The position numbers were made by a program, and so were the translations under genes. Below the pieces are notes generated by a model. That model did no database searches, had not been told where the DNA came from, and saw only the letters and a list, made by a program, of their open reading frames with translations. From Chiloscyllium plagiosum (Eukaryota), in NCBI RefSeq assembly GCF_004010195.1, contig NC_057750.1:14810809-14853205 (forward strand): a stretch of 42,397 nt of DNA, written 5' to 3'. Shown here piece by piece: positions 35,529-42,397 of the stretch. The number at the start of each line of letters is the position of its first letter. Position 1 is the stretch's first letter.

Positions 35529-37159
35529 GAGTTGAATAAATTTAAAGACCTAGTCTCCACGACCTTCCACAGTAGAAAATTCCACACGCAAACACCGCAT
35601 TAAGAGAAAAAGATTGCCATCCCTCTTAAATGGGAAACACCTTATTCTACAACAGTGTCACCTTGTTTTAGTCTCTCCCACAAGAAACAACATCCTCTGG
35701 ATATCCACCAAATCCAGTCCCTTCAGAATCTTGCATATGGGCCATGGAAAAGAATAACAGAACAGATGAAACTGGAGCAGCCGTAGGCCACTACACCAGT
35801 CATTAAGATCAATCACTTGCCACAGATTGTTCACCTTGGTGTCCAGCAGCACCCATGTACTTCAGCAGCAATTTATCAACCAAATAACATTCCCTCTAAG
35901 ATATATGGCTGTGCTGGGAGGTTCCACACACTTTCACAGATATCCATGAAGCAGCATGAAAACTTAAGAGGAAACAATGCACAACCTGCCATCTCGGTCA
36001 CATTTTTTTCCTTGCTCTTTATCCTTTCTTCTATTTTTATTTTACAACTGTAACTATCTTATACCTAACAAGGTATTTTTAAGAAACAAAAGATTAGAGT
36101 TTGAAACATAAACTAAAGCCCTTCATTTTTGTTTCGACTAGTATACTGAACAAACAACTACTTCGTTGAGGGAAAAGCAACCAAACACCTTTGCTCTTTA
36201 CCCCCTGATCTCTTTGAGTCTTCTCAACCCCAGCATTCCACTGGAAGTTGTGTTCACATGCTAAGTCACCCCAGGTTGGCTATTTTTACATACTCTCAAC
36301 AAAAGGGACTATTTGAGTCACTTAATGAGGATTCAGTTTCAGCTGTCCCTGAATTAATCTGCTCGTTCACTGTAATTCTTGAATAAAAACCCTGCTGAAA
36401 GCTAGCACCTGTAGAGTGTAAACTGTAGATTTCAGTTCAATACCAACAAACTAACTTCGGCTCGGTTAGGTTTGTACAAAGGAAAGATTTAGACTTTCTT
36501 ATCCAACAAGTGTATGCTCTCAGTCCAACTTCAACATAACCTCCTAGAGTTCTCGTACTCTATGTCCCAGTAATAAAGCCTAGGATACTGTATGCTTTAT
36601 TAATTAATCTTTCAACATGTGCAGCTACACTTAATGACTTCTACGCATATATATTCAGGCCCCTCTGCCCTTGTACATTCTATAGAGGTGGAAGCTTTAT
36701 TTTGTACACAGTCTGTCCATGATCTTCCCATCAATGTATATTACCTCACACTTCTCTGATACTGAACGTCATCTGCCAACACCTATCCGCCCACTCCACC
36801 ATGTGTCAACATCCTTCTGAACTTTTTTTTTAAACACTACTCTCCTCAGAGTCACTCATTCTTCCAAGTTTTATGTGCTCCATAAATTGTAAAATTCCTG
36901 TTACGAGTGGAGCAAAAAATTATTCTTAATACGCACCTGTATTCAGCTGCTGGTAAAACGCATCAAAAACCTCCGCAAAGCTGACTGCTATAACTGGGTG
37001 ACTGAACTAAACAGGAACCTTCCAGAAGCTTCTGCAGAATCAGCATCAGCCAGACAATCAACACCTCACGTTCTTTATGACGCTGAACTTCGGTGATATA
37101 AGTCGCGACAGAGATGAGAGTCTCTAAGAAAAACATCTCTACAGAATAGATTAGCAAGA

Positions 37160-37524
37160 GGTTTATAAAATGAGGGGTATAGATAAGATGAATGACAGGT
37201 GTCTTTTCCCTAGGGTGGGGAATTTCCAGTCTAGGGGGCATATTTTTAAAGTGAGAGGAGAAGGATTTTAAAAAAATACATGAAGGTTCAATTTTCTTTT
37301 ACAACGAGAGTGGTTCATGTGGGGAACGAACAGCCAGGGCAGGTGGTGGATATGGGTACAGTTATAACATTTAAAAGACATTTGGATAAGTACATGAATA
37401 GGAAATGTTTGAAGCGATATGGGCCAATTGCAGGCAGGTAGGACTAGTTAATTTTGGAAACGGGTCAACATGGACTGGTTGGACAGAGGATCTGTTTCCA
37501 TGCTGTATGACTCTATGACTCTAA
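37160..37524 (+). mobile_element. CR1 3' end
   Basis: VYKMRGIDK motif and (ctatgact)n tail. Confidence 0.8.
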
Positions 37525-37999
37525 GTTACACCTATTTTACAAGAAGGGTTGGGAATGACTTACCACTCAATGTTATGAAATAGGCTGTAGAGAGTCATTT
37601 GTCCTTTGCCTTGTTTGGAACAGTGGCTCCTGCAGGAGGCTTGGGTACACCGCTCCCACAGTATTGAACATGACTGCCTTTTTTTTTAAAACAATACCAC
37701 CTTGAAATAACAGACAGTTTCAGGGTCAGCACTGATCCATACAATATCTCCTGTTAATAATCATCATCCCTAATTCCTGGCTACAATGAAAAAGTCTCTG
37801 GCCTGTAAAAAGCAGCCACTAGCCTGTACTGGTGCTCTCTACGGGTGTTTTGTTGATCATTCTGGGATGTGGGTATTGTTGGATAGATCAGTTATTTATT
37901 GCCACTCTATCATTATCTTAAATGCAATATTATGGGTCTAGAGTCACATGTAGAGCAGACAAGGTAAGAATGGCAGATTTCCATCAAAAAGGTGCAAGT

Positions 38000-38522
38000 G
38001 TTGTACTGTCAGAGGGTCAATGCTGAGAGAGTGTTGCACTGTTTGGAGGGTAGGTGCTGAGGGAGTGCTACACTACCTGAGAGTTAGTTTTGAGCGAACA
38101 CTGCACTGTTGTAGGGGTGCCGTTTATTGGAAAGTCAATACTGAGGGAGAGCTGTACTGTCTGAGGGTCAGCGCTGAGCGGGTGCTGCACTGTCTGAGGA
38201 TCAGCACTAAGGGACTGTTGTACTGCCTTAGAGTCAGTGCTGAGTTGATGCTGCACTGTCTGAGGGTCAGCACTGAGGGAGTGTTGCACTGTCAGAGGGT
38301 CAGTACTGAGGGAGTGCTGCACTATTAGAGAGTAACTACTGAGGGAGTATTGTACTGTTGGTTAATACTGAGGGACTGTTGTACTGTCTGAGTGTCAGTG
38401 CTAAGAGAGTGCGGCACTGTCTGAGGGTCAGTACTGAGGGAGTGCTATAATGCTGGGAAGTCAGTGCTGAGGGAGTGCTGCACTCCCAGAGGGTCAGCGC
38501 TGAGGGAGTGCCATTCTGTCAG
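38000..38522 (+). repeat. 33-bp minisatellite, about 15-16 copies
   Basis: Unit CTGAGGGAGTGCTGCACTGTCAGAGGGTCAGTA; 11-aa periodicity in the ORF track. Confidence 0.9.
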
Positions 38523-38745
38523 AAGTGCTGCTTTTCATTAAACATTAATCTGTCCTCACATGACTGGAAGCAAAAGTTCCATGCCACGATTTCGAAATTG
38601 CACAGGCAAGCTCTCCCTGCTTTCCTGTCAATGTTTATCTCTCAACCAACATCAAATCATGTTTTGTTCACCTCATTTCCTTTTGTGGGATCTTGCTGCG
38701 TGCAGGTTAGCTGCCATAGTCACCTGTGTAATCCCACTGACTGCA
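38490..38745 (+). mobile_element. Deu-domain SINE remnant (SacSINE1/AmnSINE1-like)
   Basis: Resembles the recalled consensus (tttatc.ctcaaccaacatca; tttgtggga.cttgctg.g.gca..tt.gctgcc). Confidence 0.6.
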
Positions 38746-38815
38746 GTTGAGTCATTGTGAAATTAACAAGAGATCTCCAGCTGACGACAGAGGCAAGATT
38801 ACTTATGGGGGAACT

Positions 38816-39015
38816 GAGAGTAGTAAGGGTATGGAATGCTTTGCCTGCAACGATAGTAGATTCGCCAAGTTTAAGTGTATCTAAGTCGTCATTGGACAGG
38901 CATATGGACATACATGGAATAGTGTAGGTGGGATGGGCTTCAGATTAGTATGACAGGGCGGCGCAACATCGAGGGCCGAAGGGCCTGTACTGCGTTGTAA
39001 TGTTCTCTGTTCTAT
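38816..39015 (+). mobile_element. Young CR1 3' end
   Basis: Near-identical to about 27207-27406. Confidence 0.9.
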
Positions 39016-39019
39016 GAAA

Positions 39020-41840
39020 GGCCTAGTGGTATTACTGTTAGACTATTACTCAAGAAACGTAGCTTCAATGTTCCGGGGATGCCGGTTCAAATCCTACTAT
39101 TGCGGATGTAGAATCTGAATTCAACAAAAAAATCTGGAATTAAGAGTCGATCGGTGACTGTGAAATCATTGTTGGGAAAAAAAAAACCATCTGGCTCACT
39201 AATACTCTTCAGGGAAGGAAATCAGCTTTCCCCACCTGGTCTAGCCTATACGTGACTCCAGACCACAGCAATGTAGTTGACCCCCAACCTCCCTGTGAAA
39301 TGGCCTAGCAAGCCACTCAGTTGTATCAATCACTTCAAAGTCTGAATAAAGAAATGAAACCAGATTGAAGACTTGGCATCAGCCGAGGCGCTGGTAAAGG
39401 CATCAGTAGAAACAGCCCTGACAAACCCCTCCTTACTAACATCTGGGGGTTTGTGCCAAAATTGGGAGAGCCGTCTCACAGACTAGCCAAGCAACATCCT
39501 GACACAGTCCCAGACACCACCATCACCATCCCTGTGTCCTGGCTTGCTGCACAGCGGTGTACAGCTGGGAGGGAATTGCCCTGGGTCCTCAACATTGACT
39601 CCGGACCCCAGGAAATCTCACAGTTTCAGCACATCGTCCTATATATGGGCATGGAAACCTCCTGCTTATTAACGCGTACCACCCTCCCGCAGCTAATGAA
39701 TCAAATCTCTTCCATGTTGAACAACACCGAGAGAAAGCACTGAGGGTATCAAGGGTGCAAACTGTACTCTGGGAGGGGGATTTCAATCCCCACCATGCAG
39801 AGTGGCTCGGTAGCAGCATTACTGATGGAGCTGGTCAGGTCCTGAAGGGCATAGCTGCTAGACTGGGTCCGTGGCAGGGGGTGAGGGAAAGCAATGAGAG
39901 GAAAAACATACTTGACCTCATCCTAACCAATCTGCCGGCTACAAGTGGATCTGTCCATGACAGTATCAGTAGGAGTGACCACCGCACAATCCTTGTGGAG
40001 ACAAACTCCCGCCTTCACATTGAGAATAACCTCCATCATGTTGTGTGGCACTGTCACCGTGCTAAATAGGACAGACTTCGAACAGTTCTAGTAACTCAAG
40101 ATTGGGCATCCATGAGGCGCTGTGGGCCATCAACAGCAGCAGTATTGTACTCCAGCACAATCTGTGACCTCATGGCCCCACATATTCCCCACTCAACCAT
40201 CACCATCAAGCCAGGGGATCGACCTTGGTTCAAGGGAAAGTGCAGGAGCAGCATCAGACATACCTAAAGATGAGGCCTCAACCTAGTGGAGCTACAAAAC
40301 AGGACTAGATTATATTAGATTAGATTAGATGACCTACAGTGTGGAAACAGGCCCTTCGGCCCAACAAGTCCAGACCGACCCTTCGAAGAGAAACCCATCC
40401 CCCTATATTTACCCCTGACTAATCCACCAAACACTACAGGCAATTTAGCCTGGCCAATTCACCCGACCTGCACATCTTTGGACTGTGGGGGGAAACCGGA
40501 GCACCCGGAGGAAACCCACGCAGACACGGGGAGAATGTGCAAACTCCACAAAAACAGTTGCCCGGGGCTACTTGCATGCCAAAGAACATAAACAGCAAGT
40601 GATAGACAGAGCTAAGAGATCCCACAACCAACGGAACAGATCTAAACTCTGCAGTCCTGCTTACATCCAGTTGTGAATAATGGTGGACAATTTAGCAACT
40701 TACTGGAAGAGGTACAAATATCCCCATCCTCAATGATGGAAGAGCCCAGCATGTCAGTGCACAAGAGAAGGCTGAAGCATTTGCAGCAATCTTCAGCCAG
40801 AAGTGCTGAGTGGATGATCCATCTCGGCCTCCCCCAGTGGTCCCCAGCCTCACAGATATCTGTCTTCAGCCAATTCGATTCATTCCACAAGATATCAAGA
40901 AACGGTTGGAGGCACTGGATACTGCAAAGGCGACAGGCCCTGACAACATTCCAACAGTAGTACTGACAACTTGTGCTCCACACCTTCCTGCTCCCCTAGC
41001 CAAGCTGTTCCAGCACAGTGTGGAAAAATTGCCCAGTTATGTCGCATACATAAAAAGCAGGATAAATCCAACCCAGCCAAATACTGCCCCATCAGTCGAC
41101 TCTCGTTCATCAATAAAGTGATGGCAGGGGTCATCAACAATGCTATTAAGCAGCACCTGCTCAGCAATAACCTGCTGAGTGACGTCCAGTTTGGGTTCCG
41201 TCAGGGCCACTCAGCTCCTGACCTCATTACAGCCTTGGTACAAACATGGACAAAAGAGCTGAATTCCAGAGGGTGAGGTGATAGGTGACAGCCCTTGACA
41301 TCAAGGCCACATCTGATTGAGTGTCGCATCCACAGAGTCTGAGCAAAACTGGAATCAATGGGTATCAGGGGCAAACTCTCCACAGATTAGAGTCATACCT
41401 GGGCACATAGGAAGGTGGTTGTGGTTGTTGGAGGTCAGTTATCTCAGCTCCAGAACACCTCTGCAGGAGTTCCTCAGCATAGTCTCCATCATACACCTAC
41501 CATCTCCATTTATCTACAAGCTGCACTGCAGAAATTCACCAAAGATGCTGAGGCAGCATCGTCCAAACTCACAACCACTTCCATTGAGGAGAACAAGGGC
41601 AGCAGATACATGGGAACACTACCCCCTGCAAGCTCCAATCCAAACCACTCACATCCTGACTTGGAAATATACCACCATTCCTTCACTGTCACTGGGTTAA
41701 AAACCTGGAATTCCCTCCTTCAGGGAATTGTGGGTCTACCTACAGAATGTAGACTGCAGCAGTTCAAGATGGCAGCTCACCACTAACTTCTCAAGGGCAA
41801 TTAGGAACAGGCAATAAATGCTGGCCAGCCAACAACACCT
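39020..41840 (+). mobile_element. Decayed CR1/L2-group LINE (family B) with tRNA-SINE-like head, internally deleted
   Basis: APE motifs GDFN, ILDLILTN, SDH; RT-region motifs KATGPDNIP, QFGFRQGHS, SAGVPQ; many stops and frameshifts. Confidence 0.85.
40307..40567 (-). mobile_element. 5'-truncated HE1 SINE nested in the LINE
   Basis: (ttaga)n tail and V-domain; flanked by g(a/g)cta. Confidence 0.85.
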
Positions 41841-42397
41841 GTATCATTGGAACTTAGATCCGTCCTGTCAGTAGTAACCGATATATTATATACGCATTAC
41901 ATGCTAACATTTGCTTCCATGCAACATAAATAATATATACAATCCAGTCAATGACATTATATATACTGTACATATTCCACCTTACACCTATGTTATACAT
42001 GGTATTATATATTGTACCTTGCATATTTCAGTCCAGCCCAGCACATCACATTATAAATTTGATCATCCTGAAGCCATCCTTGAATTAGGATGCAAGTGTA
42101 TCATATAGGCCCACTGCTATATTATTTATTTCATACAACACAACACTGACCTACTTACACAACCAGAGCCAGTCAAGAACCTTCTAAAACAAACCCTTTC
42201 ACATCTTAAATCCTTTACAAATATTTCACAGAGTGATACAGTTTCATAAACAGCAATACTAACATGAAACGATGATGTGTGCAACCACAGATACTGACAA
42301 CACCTGCAAATAATCTCAAACCCCAAACTAATCCAGGACTTTCAAACTAACACAGTACCCTAAATAACCCTGGTCCACCCCTAGATAGCGCCCCCCC

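Noticed and set aside
38000..38522. CRISPR-like or repeat-protein look of the 33-bp array
   Set aside because: Head-to-tail units without unique spacers, eukaryotic context, no cas genes; stops interrupt the frame.
42375..42397. CTCF-like CCCCTAGATAGCGC
   Set aside because: Mismatches at key core positions, at the window edge, no other support.

Overview
Vertebrate genomic DNA, most likely from a shark. The HE1 V-SINE, CR1 and Penelope repeat content resembles carpet sharks (Hemiscylliidae/Orectolobiformes); this taxon call is inferred from recalled repeat families. The window lies inside a minus-strand beta-spectrin gene, best matching SPTBN4 (betaIV). Six internal coding exons (264, 225, 90, 279, 131 and 205 nt; 398 codons; all GT-AG and phase-consistent) encode the end of spectrin repeat 10, repeats 11-13 and the start of repeat 14. 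The rest is intron packed with decayed CR1 and CR1/L2-group LINEs, HE1 SINEs, a second tRNA-headed SINE, a Deu-domain SINE, solo LTRs, a MITE, minisatellites and about a dozen short Penelope-like terminal-repeat insertions. I found no new protein-coding system. The most interesting signals are retroelement mechanics. (1) The Penelope-like repeats carry a hammerhead-ribozyme-like core. (2) They insert as fold-backs, and two of them contain copies of host sequence lying about 1 kb away, bracketed by target-site duplications (TSDs). (3) A LINE carries a tRNA-SINE-like head, and the local SINE looks like its internal-deletion derivative. Repeat boundaries are approximate unless defined by TSDs.
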